Source: Setoptus koraiensis (taxonomy: Eukaryota; Animalia; Arthropoda). From it: a stretch of 64,000 bases of DNA. The stretch covers positions 8,742,001 to 8,806,000 of the forward strand of contig CM106585.1 of the NCBI GenBank assembly GCA_048013815.1, read 5' to 3'. Made by a program: the position numbers and the translations under genes. A model generated the notes under the pieces. The model was not told where the DNA came from, did not search any database, and saw nothing but the letters and a program-made list of their open reading frames with translations. This document shows, piece after piece, positions 23,326-35,580 of the stretch. How positions within the stretch are numbered: position 1 is the first letter of the stretch; each line of letters starts with the position of its first letter.

Positions 23326-23508
23326 AACATTCTGCAATTGGTTTAGAGTCTCATCAAATGAAGGCAATAACTGATGCGACACTCTTCGATTTGGTGCTAC
23401 TTGGGAGCATCGATGGACTCTCACTGGGCGACGATGATTACGCAATTGAAGTGATAATGGGTTCACAAATACATTTTCGAAAATTGGATCTCGTAAGAGC
23501 AGAGACAT
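22879..23508 (-). CDS. Full-length small heat-shock protein (HSP20/alpha-crystallin family, 209 aa)
   Basis: MSLLLRDPIFE N-terminal region, alpha-crystallin domain, C-terminal IxI motif (TIPIE); heat-shock elements upstream. Confidence 0.92.
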   Translation of the reverse strand: MSLLLRDPIFENVFVNPLSLQLRNHRRPVRVHRCSQVAPNRRVSHQLLPSFDETLNQLQNVMDDVTAAIGQYQSKLGTDLEAGGIKTIRTEDGNLQMAIDVSQYKPEEITVRLCDDNLVVEAKTESSENDSYHKSEFKRWLKLPADCKHDAIKSTLTLDKKLLIEVPMSKPIAENRSRTIPIEVQPQAEALESARDGNEKQTEEANKKQ

Positions 23509-23710
23509 ATTGGTTGATGTTTGACTTTACTCGTTGCAAATTACAATTGAGTTGATTTTTCTATTGGTATGAGCGTTGTCGGTTGGATGTTAGTTTTTTG
23601 ACTTGGCAAAACTTTGCTGAGATTTAGGGTGATTTTTAGATAGTTTCGCTTGAGGATTGTTCCGTGTTATTCAAGTTTTAACTGTGATGAACGGAATACA
23701 TCCTGCTTTA

Positions 23711-23786
23711 CTTATATGTGAACCTAAGAAGTTTCCGGAAATTTCGCGCCTTTTTACTCAAATTCTCGAACATACGTGAATATTCG
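23711..23786 (-). promoter_or_regulatory. TATA box plus two heat-shock elements (HSE) upstream of the small HSP gene
   Basis: Perfect four-pentamer HSE AGAAG-TTTCC-GGAAA-TTTCG at 23727-23746; second array ATTCT-CGAAC-(ATACG)-TGAAT-ATTCG at 23762-23786; TATAAG on minus strand at ~23716-23711. Confidence 0.85.
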
Positions 23787-24090
23787 CATGGAAATTCTGT
23801 GCGCATCACCAGCTGACATGTGAGTGAGGTCAGTCATCGGGAGAGGTAGGGAGGATCCTCCCGCTGCGATCTCCGGCGAAGACTAGTTAGGGTGGCACTT
23901 GAAGATTGATACAAAAATCAGAAGAAACATACCGAGATAATTAGCTATATTCGACTGACTACCAGTGAAAACTTGACTCCAGGATTCAATTCTGCCGCTG
24001 AGACTATTGGTGAAAAATAATAAAAAACGTGATCATTTTTTGCGTCTGACAACAGGATTTGTTGGCCTACTGCGTCAATCTGCCTACAAG

Positions 24091-24708
24091 ATGGGCTCTA
24101 AATCCAATCAAACTGCCTTGGCCGAGAGTCTCATGATAGCGAAATTGTTGGACATTCCAACGGACACCAACCAAACATTCAGCGATATTACAGATCTCCT
24201 TCTTCGCATAGATCAAAAATTGGAAACATTGCTCTCGGAGCCAAAATTCAAGGGCCGTTGCCAAGGGTCCGCTATCGCCAAATTGCAACAAAAAGATTGG
24301 GACCAATTGAAGCAATTAAATGAGAATCTTCGACAAGATTATACCATTCGCAGACAGATGCTCTTGACACGAGTTGATTGCACCGTGGAATCGTTCAAAT
24401 GGAAAGCAAGCGCGGATACCAAGGGAGACCTCAATGAGAAAATTCATGCTATTTATGATCCGCTAAGAATAAAACTCAAGCCCGAGCCAAACGTGTCGAT
24501 GGCGCATCTATTGGCTGTCGGAGAAAAAGAATGTGATAATAAGCTTAATAGTGTTGTGAGTACCAACAACATAGAATGTAGTGTTCGGAATACCTTGATA
24601 GCAGCCGTGCCAGACAGAGGTGGCAGGCCGGACGAAGTGCGAGCTCCACCCAAAGAAACTTTCAGGTTCCAGCAAAATCAACGAGGCCGAGGTAGAGGCA
24701 GACGATGA
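24091..24708 (+). CDS. FAM98: FAM98-like protein (DUF2465), apparently lacking the N-terminal region; true start uncertain
   Basis: LNENLRQDYTIRRQMLLTRVDCTVESFKW and AVPDRGGRPDE..PPKE match FAM98 family motifs; RGRGRGRR C-terminal tail. Confidence 0.75.
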   Translation: MGSKSNQTALAESLMIAKLLDIPTDTNQTFSDITDLLLRIDQKLETLLSEPKFKGRCQGSAIAKLQQKDWDQLKQLNENLRQDYTIRRQMLLTRVDCTVESFKWKASADTKGDLNEKIHAIYDPLRIKLKPEPNVSMAHLLAVGEKECDNKLNSVVSTNNIECSVRNTLIAAVPDRGGRPDEVRAPPKETFRFQQNQRGRGRGRR

Positions 24709-25327
24709 TCACATTGGTGACCATTGTGGATAGAATAAAAAATAATCCCAGTGAAATTCTTTGACCGTTGACTGATTCTTTACTCCACCAGATGTGCAAG
24801 AGGGTCTGCACTCACTCTCCTCACATTGGCTTGCGACAAGATTCACATATCCTACCCCGAAGATTTTCGCAAAAGTTAGCGCAACTCGATAAGCATAATT
24901 AACCCAGTTAGCGCACATCATCGGTATATTAGAAGAGTAATTCAATCATTTGATTTCGTCACAATATCGTTTTACAACTTTCGTGCACTAGAAAACTGCT
25001 AGATTATTAATTTGCCTGTTTATGATATAGTGATAGTATGATAGTGGTAGTACCTCTCAAATAATTATAGTATTAATCAACTAGATCGATTGAATCAATA
25101 ATTGAGTGGTTATATAACACACACATACACTCCAACTCGGTCGCACTCACTAAAAAAACCATTTGGGCAAGCATAAATTATCGACTTGATGAGAAAAATA
25201 GTAATTTAGGTGCCCATCGTGGAATTACTGACTGACCAATCCGACAGATAAAATCAATTGTTGCAGATCACAGCTAGTATCACAGTGATAATTCTACTGA
25301 ATTAATTATTTAACTTGCAAGAACAAG

Positions 25328-26041
25328 ATGGCCTCAACAATAGTAATCAATCCTGATCAAGTAAAGTCAATACGCAAAGGTCTGTTCTCTCGCATTAAAG
25401 AAGACGATTATGACGAGAAAGACATTGAGAGATACAAGACCGAAGATGCTCAAGTTGCTCGACATATCAGAGCTAACTCGAAGAAAGAAGGCCAAGAGTT
25501 GATAGACGAAACAGTTTCATTGATGGTGGACATGTTGGAATGGCGCGCCGAATTGGATGTTGCCAATGGGTCCGAATACGAATTCAGTCCACAAATTGTA
25601 AAGGCTTATGAAGAATTACTGATCGAAGGCGGAAGAGAAAAAAAGGCTGGCGCAAAAGTTTGGTGGTTCCGACCAGAATGTTGGAAAGATGATTTTTTTG
25701 ACAAAATACCAGATGGCAAGAGATATGGTGCGTACATGATAGAAAAGATCGACAATCAAACTTGGAATGACAAAGGTTTCGCTTATTGGTTCGACTACAC
25801 CAATTTTGGTCTATCCAACCTGAGTAGTATGGAAACGATGAAATATACGTTCAAAGTGATGAGCTACTACTTTGGTGGACTAAAATATCTAGGTTGGTAC
25901 AATACGCCGGTGGTGTTCCGCAGCACTTGGCCAGTGATTGCGTCCATAGCACCGGATGCGTATAATATATCTTATCTAGTTCCAAAAGAGGAATTGGACA
26001 ATTACATGGACGCCAGTCAGTTGCCTAAACAGATTAAATAA
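25328..26041 (+). CDS. CRAL-TRIO (Sec14-like) lipid-binding protein, MOSPD2-like N-terminal half only (237 aa)
   Basis: YDEKDIERYKTED..VARHIRA...IDETVSLMVDMLEWR resembles the MOSPD2 N-terminus; FDYTNFGLSNL..METMKY..YYFGGLKYL..YNTPVVFRSTWPVI CRAL-TRIO pattern; AATAAA twice downstream. Confidence 0.75.
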   Translation: MASTIVINPDQVKSIRKGLFSRIKEDDYDEKDIERYKTEDAQVARHIRANSKKEGQELIDETVSLMVDMLEWRAELDVANGSEYEFSPQIVKAYEELLIEGGREKKAGAKVWWFRPECWKDDFFDKIPDGKRYGAYMIEKIDNQTWNDKGFAYWFDYTNFGLSNLSSMETMKYTFKVMSYYFGGLKYLGWYNTPVVFRSTWPVIASIAPDAYNISYLVPKEELDNYMDASQLPKQIK

Positions 26042-27438
26042 TTGATTATTTTATAACTAATTTTACAACCATTATAATAAAATTCAATAAAATTGCCACG
26101 TAATAAATGTTGCTGTTAAGCAAGCAAATGAAATGTGGCGTTATTTGATAGTTTTCCAAAGCACGGCCATGAGCTTGACTAGAGAGATCGTTCAATGTAT
26201 GCCACAATCAAGCAGGATCGATGTATTCAACTGGCCTAATTTCTAGCTTTCTAGCGAGATAGTTAGTATCGAGTTTCAGAAGATAATTTTGTGGTTTGAA
26301 TGTTGCTGCAATCGAGCCATCGCAAGTCTGCAACGAAGGCGCCTGATTGTAGGCCCTATCTGACATTGTGAGTTAACTATTATCAGGTAAATAATAGGAC
26401 ACTACCACGATGGTCTGCTTTATTTTCCCGATGAGACAGCCGAAGAATCAAGAGTTTCAAAATCAAATGCTTGCTTGGAAGATATTGGCTGGCAGTAGGA
26501 CTGTCTGACAATGCTACCCAGGGCCAACCAACAAAACCGACTCCCAAGCAACTATACCAACAAAAAACCCAAAATACCTGTGATCCCATAGAAAAAACTT
26601 TATCGGGTTTTTCGGGCAGTCAGAATGTCAAGCGCTGGCTCTGTCGGGCAACCCAACGTCTCAAGAATTTTCAGTTTGCCGGGCAATCGGCCGTCAGGGA
26701 ATCTGTTGAGTATAAAATGAGATGGGAGTCGCTCTTTCGTTTCCAGCAAGAATCCGACTGATTTTATTTTTACTTCATTTTCATAATCGCCAATTTAAAC
26801 CTGGCTTCTGGAATGTTGCCCCGAGACTCATTCTCTGGAACATTCCACCAGCCTGGTGCTGAAAACAAATGTTTAAATCTGGCACTCACAGACTGCACGA
26901 GCGACCTCGTCACACTGTCGATAAGGTTGCACCCTCGTGACAAATCGTCAGCTACTCAAACTATAGTCTTTCAGCTGCAAATTTCTGAGCATTTTTAGCC
27001 TTGCCAAATCGCCCATTTTACCAGTGCTGAGAGGATGCGTTTTCAAATGAGGAGCCGATATTGATTCGCAATGATATAAGCGCGCATTGTTTGGGGTGCC
27101 CGACACTGTCGGTGTTGTTGTTACTGTTCGGACAAGGCGTCTAGCCGGTTATGTTATATGTTGTGTTAGTTATTAGTTATATTAGTTGTGACTAACAAAT
27201 TGAACAACAAGGGCGCTAATTGAATTGAGTGTAGACGTGGAAGTGAAGGGTGCCGATGAAGGTGAAATAGTCACGCTTCATGGTCAGATTAGTGGTCGCT
27301 TTTTTGCGTAATACCCGGCCGCTTGTGTTAGTGGCTCGGTATGAATGTTACGCGTATAACAATGCGGATACAATTTTCAGTGGCATGGCAAGCCGGTTGG
27401 TTATCCAGGCTGGCTGGCTGTCTGGCTGGAAAACTGGC

Positions 27439-27512
27439 CGGATAGCAAACGGATAGCAAACGGATAGCAAAGGGATAACAAACGGATAACAAACGGATAA
27501 CAAACGGATAGC
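27439..27512 (+). repeat. 11-bp minisatellite CGGATA(G/A)CAAA, ~6.5 copies
   Basis: Read directly. Confidence 0.9.
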
Positions 27513-30500
27513 GGCGACAAGAGTGGCCAGCGAAAGGCGAAACAAATCAGCTAGCTGCACTTGCAAACAGATTGTTGCTGCAACAAGCAATTGATTGTCC
27601 GATTGGCACCCACCTGTCGTGTGATTATGTTATATGTGATTGGCTTCAGGCTAAAACGTTAATTGAGCCAACGCTAAATATGAAAATACCCGTTGGAGGC
27701 ACACAAAGACCGTTGTTTGTATGCGTAAAAGATCAACGATCACGCCACTGGTGACAACAAATATCGCTATTATTATTATTATTATTACTATTGATATTTC
27801 CTATTGATTGTTGCTGGCCGTCAACGTGTAGGTAGACGCGCAAAGCGAGGCTGCACTTTCGGGAAGTCGCTTGTCTGAGACGTCGGATAAAGCGGGCCGT
27901 TGAAATGGGATAAAGTTGGCGGTTGCAATGGGATAAAGTTGGTTAGTTTAGTGTTGGGATAAGGCGAGTTACGACAACGCCATCAACGTTAACGAAAGAT
28001 TATTTGATATTTGAATTGCGCAATTGTGTGTCATAGTGGCATTGCGTATGTTTGCTTAGCGAGCGTGTCCGTACAAAAGAAAAGAATTTAGATCTCGGGT
28101 CGTCGCCCAAAAGTGATGAAGCAATCATCACCGTTACCATAGAAAAGCTCGCCAAGTGCCAAGTGCACAAGTGCCTGTTGCGAGCCCCGCGATCAACGAC
28201 GCCGTTAGCCAAACAACGGGCCCACGCATTAGTCATGAATCAATATAATGCTTATATAATATTTATATGTAATGTGTAATTCATTCAAGCCTCGGCGGCA
28301 GTAACACGGCGAGCTCACGACAACAATATTTTCTCTGTAGACAATAGCTGAGCGCGACTGGCCGACCGCAATCCATCAATCTTGGAATCATCGTGTTTGC
28401 ATCGATTTGAGCCGAATCTGAATATTTCAAGTGACGCCAGCGATGAGCACAATGGAAATAATAAGATAGATTTGCGAATCACATTTGTGAATCACAACAA
28501 GAGTCATTACACAAGAGAGCTGGTTGTTGTGTCGGGCGCGCCAACTGGCAGCGCCACGCCGAAAGTTTGGCCTCCAACGAGCGATAATTTTCGCTCGCTT
28601 TGTTTGCATAACTGGCGGCCGCACTGATCCGCATCAACAAGTGACCAGTCGACAGGTAGCGGACAAGTGCCGTCCGCCGCTCGCCGCTTGCCGAACACTC
28701 ACAACTGGACACCGTGGGCCAGCGAAAGTTGCCGGCACAAGTTTGTCTCGAGACCGTTGTCAACTGGCCCTCGCGACAACAACCGCACAGGCGACAGCAA
28801 CCGCACAAGCGACAACAACCGCACAAGCGACAACAACGACGGCCGCACAAACGACAACAACAACGACAATTCGACAATTCGAGAAGAAGCGACCGGCGGA
28901 CAAACAAAGCGACGAGCAAACACGGCGCAACGTCGAGTGGCATCGCGTAGCATCGTTGTAGTGACTCTAATGAGACAAATGATTTTGAACGGACGCACAA
29001 ACGAACAGGTGAGACAAACAAACGAACAAGAGAATATAAACAACGACCAGCGAATAATTGATAATGTTGACAAACAGCCCAAACGGCAAGCGATTCGAAG
29101 CGAGTCGCTTCTCCGTCTCCGTTGTCTGACACACTCTCTATCTTGTCGCTGGCTGCCAATTGGCGGCCCGCGAACTGGCAACCCGAACACAATGCACAAT
29201 GAACGTTGCCGCTCTCCGTTATCTGACGCCGTCGTCTGGCGTCATTACCGAGCGCCATTATATAACAATATGATGTAATAGTTGGATGGGCTCAAGTTCA
29301 ACTCAGACTCAGCGGCGACAACTCATCGGCGACAGCCAAATAATGGCTGCATTACATGCATAATTACATCTCATGCGACAACTGTCGCTCTATTGCATTT
29401 ACTGGTCCACTAATCAATCGTTGGCCGGCTCGCCAGCCCAACAGCTCGCCAGCTCAACGGCAACAACAGCTCAACGGCAACAACAGCTCAGGTGAGAGCT
29501 TGTATAATGTTGTGTGCATGAGCGCCCACTTGAGACTGCTCGAGAAGCGCCGTTATTTTTCGCCGTCGAGACGTAACAGCCGACAGAAATTTGTTCGTAT
29601 GTTTGTGTATGTTTCATGTATATTTTACATATTTTACATATGTATGCATGGTGCTAAGTGGCGCATTTTGAGCATAGTTTCACTGGCAGTTTTCACTTAA
29701 ATGTCCCCATCGCAAATCATGGCAAATCAGCGCAAATCAGCGCAAATCAGCGCAAATCAGCGAAACGAGGCAAACGAGAGCAAACGTTTGGAGAGCCCAT
29801 TTTGCAACCGTTTGACGGCGCCCATTTCAACTGTTGCCTCACACAACTTGCTGCTTGGCTGTCGCTAACTATCGCTCATAATCTCATGGCATGACACTCA
29901 TGGTCTAATAGATGATCCAATAATAATGTAATTACCACTTATCCACAAGCAATTATCCAGATATGTATGCAGCTTGCAGAGAGCGGCGTTTGTCGGTTGT
30001 TGGTCGGGCTAAATCTGTGCTCAAAATGAAAAATCTCGCCAATCATTAGGCGATCGTTGTATGCACCGGGCGAGCAGAGAAATCGCTTCAAAATGCAGTA
30101 AAACGAAATATTTCGCAACGTGACTCAGTGAACATTGTGAAGCGACCGGCCCAATAGACAGCGACAGCCTAAAAAACCGATCATGGTCCAGAAATATGAT
30201 AGATGTATCACTGTGGGCTCGGCAGGACGCTTCAGATGGATAGAGGTGGATAGAGATGGAAAGAGACAAAAAGTAAACAGAGAGTTCGTCGTTGATCGAG
30301 CATTGTTTTGGTTCGGTTGATCAATGACTCATTGACAATGAGGAAGCAATGAATATTGCTATTGACTTCCGACGAGTCGCCTGATACAAGGGCGCCCCCG
30401 ATCACATGCTCGCTGCAATTGGCTTTGTTTGCCCCGTTCGGGCCAAGGAGCCAAAACGACAATCGGATGTTTTGTCTAGCTTTTTGTCGAGCTCCAATCG

Positions 30501-31839
30501 GACTCGTTATTAATACCTGTTTAGGAGCGCCGGTTCGGACTCTCCCTAAAGCCACTAAATGGTCATACACCACTGACGGTGTAAAGGGAAAACAAATGCC
30601 GCTCGAATTATGCATCTTGTGTGTTAATACGATGTCATAATGTGATGTTATTATTATATAATAATTGTGTTATGTAATACATGATGTCGTAATGAGTGTT
30701 GGTGTGTCGCTACGGGCATGCCCACTCACTAATCACGATCAAATTACAATTGTACGACTGCACAATTGTACTAATGCTCAATTGCAATGGAAATATAGAT
30801 TTGTTGTTGCGTGGTCGTGCGGCGCGTGATACAGACAATAACGAGATGTGAGATATGAGAAATGGCCTCTTCTCATTCTCGTGCGCTCCGTCGGCTTGTT
30901 ACTACACTACACATACCTTACGTAATAGCATACAGTTTATGCTATCAGTAGGTAATGCGCAGCACGAGAAAGAGTTGAGCGGTGAGTTGTTACATAACTC
31001 GTCGTTTGTTTGGCGGGGTTTGTTAGCGAGAATTGCGAGACGAGAATAAAGTCTTGCCATGTAGGTGCTGAGTGAATTGTTTGCATTAATAACACACCGT
31101 TTGTCGGAAGTGATGATGAGACAAACTGTGTGTGTGTGTGTTAATGCCTCTGGATATAGTTGTTTAGTTGGCAATTGAAAACAGGTTGCGACTATGGCCG
31201 CCATCGTCCACTACAACTCACCTGTGTAAAGTGAGCTGTTGTCGTATGTAAATAGATGGCAGCAGTAAATGGCGCGCAATATCCGTTGCAACTTGCAAGA
31301 TCCGTTGTGCGCCAACAAATCTCGGCAATGGCATAACTCGATGAGCTAATGTGATTAATTATGCAATGAAAGTGTTGCCGTGTGTCGCCCAAAACAACAA
31401 AATCAATTCTCCTCTTCTCACTCTTTACCTCTTCCCACTCTTTGCCACGGCTACCAAGTGGCCGCTGGTCAGCAGTAACACTGACGATGGCGGCACCAAT
31501 AGTGATAATAAGAGGGCAATAAAAGCCGCTCAGCAAAAGGCAATTTCATTTCGATTGGTCGCTGAGTCGGAGCAGTATCATTGGTGCCGATAATTGAATT
31601 ATAATGCCCAGTGATGATGGAATTATAATGCCCAGTGATGATGGAATTAGAGGAGCAACGAGAACATGAGCAAGCCTCATTCTGAGCAGCCAGTGAGCAA
31701 GCCCGAGCAAAGTTACGCAACCGATAGCGGTGCTAAACGGCCAGCAGATTGAGCCGGGTTGCCGGAAACCCGCCAACAGCCTGCCGGCTCGCAACCTGTT
31801 GGCGTGGCCGGACGAGGGCCATTGTCGTGCGGGCCCGAG

Positions 31840-31885
31840 CACAATATCCGCACAATATCCGCGCAATTTCCGCCCAATGTCCGCC
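31840..31885 (+). repeat. Degenerate 11-bp minisatellite CACAATATCCG, ~4 copies
   Basis: cacaatatccg cacaatatccg cgcaatttccg cccaatgtccg. Confidence 0.8.
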
Positions 31886-33114
31886 AGTTGGAGCAGCGAG
31901 GGCTCGCTGACCGGCGGACATTTCGCCGATCAATCAGGTCGGCGAGCTGTGCAATATGCACAGTGCAATATGGCCCGTTGTGCGAATTGCATAGTGCAAT
32001 ATCTGACGACCATAGTGCACAGACTGCCAAGACCGCAGAATAAAACACGGCACAAGGTTAGCTCGCCAGGGCTCGGCCGGTCGGGCTGCCTGCGCAACGT
32101 CATAACGGTGCATCCACTGGACGCCATACAGTGCTCGTCAGCGCGACATGACTGGTAGCAACAGGTAGTTGTTTGTTTGTTTGTGCCTGATCCAATTAGT
32201 GAGCCGTTGCGCAACTTGCAACATTGCATGATGGCGCAACATTGGCCGACTCTTGTTTTGTCTTGTTGTTTCGTCACAACTTCGCCCACTTTCCATATCG
32301 CACACGGCAACAGTTATACAACAGTTATACAAGTTTTGGCCGTTTCAGTGGCAGTGTTTGCGAAGAGCGGCTCGCAACATAATCAGTTGGTGCCCGGCTT
32401 TGGCCAGCACGAACATGATGCCGGCCAACAGCGGACGTCTGACTTGTTCAAAATGGCTGTTGCGCAACAGCCGTCGAGAGGACACTTGGCTAGCTTGCAC
32501 AGTTTATCTCTGGCGAGCTCTCTCATTGCGACCAAACGATCACATGAGCAGAGATGGAAATCAACGCACGGCGCACAGCTCTCCTCTGGCCACGGCAACT
32601 TGTTGCTGTCGTTGCTGTTGTTGTTGCTGTTGTTGCTGCTGCTGTCGTTGCTGCTGCTGTTGCCGCTGTCGCTGTTTGTTCGTTAGTTGGTTGTTTCGAC
32701 AAACAAGTGCATTTGCATAGCGAATTGCGCCATTAGCGATCCTTTGATGCTACTCAACTTCGGGCTGCAGCTTCGAGCTTCCAACTGGCAACTTGTGCTC
32801 ACCGAAGCAACAACGACACACACACACACACAGCGAGGCATTTTCCATAATGCACCCCGAATGCTCACCTGTGCTCACCTAACAGGTGAGTCCACCTGTT
32901 AAGTTGCCAATTAAGTCTGCCTGTTGAGACTCTACGGTGCCACTCTACGGTGCGACTTCACGGTGCGACTCTGCGGTGTGAGTCGCAGTGAGAGTCTCGC
33001 CGCAGAGTGGGGCTCTCGACGGTCTCAGCAGTGAAATCGAGGCCGACGATTAATTCATTTCAGGCCTTGTGCGAACACAGACCGATGGTGAGTGCCAGTC
33101 TCAGCGAGATTCGG

Positions 33115-33163
<49 letters not shown>

Positions 33164-33164
33164 C
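33115..33164 (+). repeat. Perfect (AAC)n microsatellite, ~16 units
   Basis: Read directly. Confidence 0.95.
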
Positions 33165-33731
33165 CCTTGGGAATGAGTGACCAGGCAACGAAGCAAAGCG
33201 CGCAAGTGTAAGCTCTTCCGCTTATTTGCATATCCGTTTCTCGGCTCCGCTGGCCGCCGGATGCCAGCAGTTGGCGCGGCCCATGCTGCGCCATCGGCCA
33301 CACCAGTTGAAAGCGAATGATAATTTGCTTTTAATCAATCTCGGCCAGTCGCTAGCATTTAGTCAGTTGTACATTGTTGCATAATTTTGTTTTCGCGTTT
33401 CAACTGCACAATAATCAAATAACGGCACAATGTTGCTAGTCGCAACATTGTGCCGTTATCTGAAATTGATTGCGTCATCGCGCGCCTCGCATCTACCGGC
33501 TCTCGATGGCGGCTCGATTCATCATGTCCGCCGGTGTAGTTGCTGCATGGTTGTGGCTGCATGGTTGTTGTTGCTGTTGTTGTTGCTGTTGTCGCTGCTG
33601 TTGGCGCTGCTGTTGGCGCCGATGATGATGGAGCGAGCGTCATCGATCGACAACAGCACGGCACCCAAGAGTCGCGCTCGCTGGGCGAGCGGCCATTAAT
33701 CACTGCCGACGCTCGTTGCCACTGGCGTGCA

Positions 33732-33786
33732 ACGAACATCCGACGAATATCCGACGAACATCCGAAAAATATCCGAAAAATGTCCG
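33732..33786 (+). repeat. Degenerate 11-bp minisatellite ACGAA(C/T)ATCCG, ~5 copies
   Basis: acgaacatccg acgaatatccg acgaacatccg aaaaatatccg aaaaatgtccg. Confidence 0.8.
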
Positions 33787-35317
33787 CCCCGATGCCGGCC
33801 GATCGGCGGGTATCATCCGAGGACGCTGAGATGATACCGCTGCTCGGATGTCGCCAGCGCCCGTCTGAAATGTCCGCCGAAGGCAGTCGCGCTCGCTGCG
33901 AGTGTCTCGAGAATCTCGAGTCGACGTGGATTTATCGACTCAATTCGAACTGCAAACAATTCACGTGCGTCTCATGAGTCAGACGAATCACCTGAGATGC
34001 TGCACATGCAACACTGGGCATTTTGTCTCTGTTTGGGCGGTTGTCGAGAGCGGTTGAATTGACAACTCGTCGGCAACAAGGCCTAAAATGCGAGTTGATC
34101 CACAGCGTCGCCGTTGGGCCAAAGCGTCGCCGTTGAGCCAAAACGTCGGAATCTATTCGGCGACGAGCCGAATCGAAGGAGATTCTGTGCGATTGGGACA
34201 ATCGCATAGATTAGAGCGGCTAAATTTATCCTTGGCTGTCTGTCTGGCCGCCAGAGTGTGGCGATTACAGCGCCGTTATCCGTGTCCGTGTTTGGTCATC
34301 ATCGGTGTGCGATCTGGCGTCGTCGTCCGACAAGAATCGTCCGACAAGCACCGGCCAGCGCCGACCAAAGCCGGCCAACAAAGTAACAAAATGCACATGT
34401 AACGGCGCAAAGGTATTTGGCGTTATTGTCGCTACAGCGGCCATCTCTGTCTTATCGCCATTTAATGACGATAAGACAGACCAACAGACCGAGAGCTTAC
34501 GTTACGTAACGGCGCTCACGGTGCGCAGCTCGACTGTGTCTTTGCTCGTCGGATGGCCGGCCGGGCGCGGAGCGGCCAACAAGGAGCCACTTGTTGTCCG
34601 TTGTGCGCTCGCCGCTGCCGTGGCCGCCGATCAACGGGCGGTTGGCGCGCGGGCGGAGTTTGACAGTTGCAGCTCGCTCGCCAGAATTGTCAGAATTGTC
34701 TGAACGGGCGCTCGTTTGGCCGGCGAGCTCGACGGGCAGCTCGACAGGGCAGCTCGACAGGGCAGGCGAGTGAAAGTCGGCGCTCGCTCGGTCGGCGCTC
34801 GCTTGCTCACACATTGCGTTAAACGGGCTGCACAACAGGTGAGTGGACAGAGTCAACATTGCCAGTGTCTTCCCACTTTCACCTGTTGGCTGACTTTGTG
34901 CAACTTTGTCCGCTGTGCGCCGTCTCATGCCCGTTACGCAACTGGCTGAGCTTGTAGCTTGTTGCTGGCAGCTCGTAGCTTGCCGATGGTAGCTTGCCGA
35001 TGGTAGCTTGCCGATGGTTGCCCATGGTTGCCGATGGCTGCAACTAGCCCATGCGACCAACACACACACACACACACACACTTATGCAACGGCGACAGGT
35101 GATGCGAGGTGATCAATTTTTCCCTTTTTATCATTATTATTGTTGCACTTATATTACATAATGTATGTGCTTTATTATATTTTTTGTCGATTCTCATCAT
35201 CATCGTCGTGGTCGCCGCTACTGCTATTATTATCGTTGTTATATTGTTGTTGTTGGCCTAGCGGCTCGCACACGAACCTGGCCCGCCACTGACGCTAAGG
35301 CTCTCAACTCATCAGCA

Positions 35318-35580
35318 GCCCATTGAATCTCATCAGCGCCACGCTGAATCTCGCCACATCGTCAGCCAACAAGCAAATCTCATTAGCGCCACACTGAATC
35401 TCGCCAGCCGACAACCAAGTCTCGCCAGCCGACAACCAAGTCTCGCCAGCCAACGTCAGCCAACAGCGCGCCAAGAAGCGGCCAGAAGCAGCGAAGAAGC
35501 GGCCATAAGGCACCGAGAAGCGCCAAATTAGAAGCCGGCGAGCTAGTGCCCAAATTAGAAGCCGCCAATCAGCCGCCAAT
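35318..35580 (+). repeat. Nested imperfect tandem duplications (21-bp TCTCGCCAGCCGACAACCAAG, GAAGCGGCC and CAAATTAGAAGCC units)
   Basis: Several overlapping 2-3-copy units read directly. Confidence 0.7.

Noticed and set aside
26740-26990. Minus-strand VADDLSR resembling the LTR-retrotransposon RNase H VADALSR motif
   Set aside because: Isolated 7-residue match with a stop immediately upstream and no other pol motifs or LTRs.
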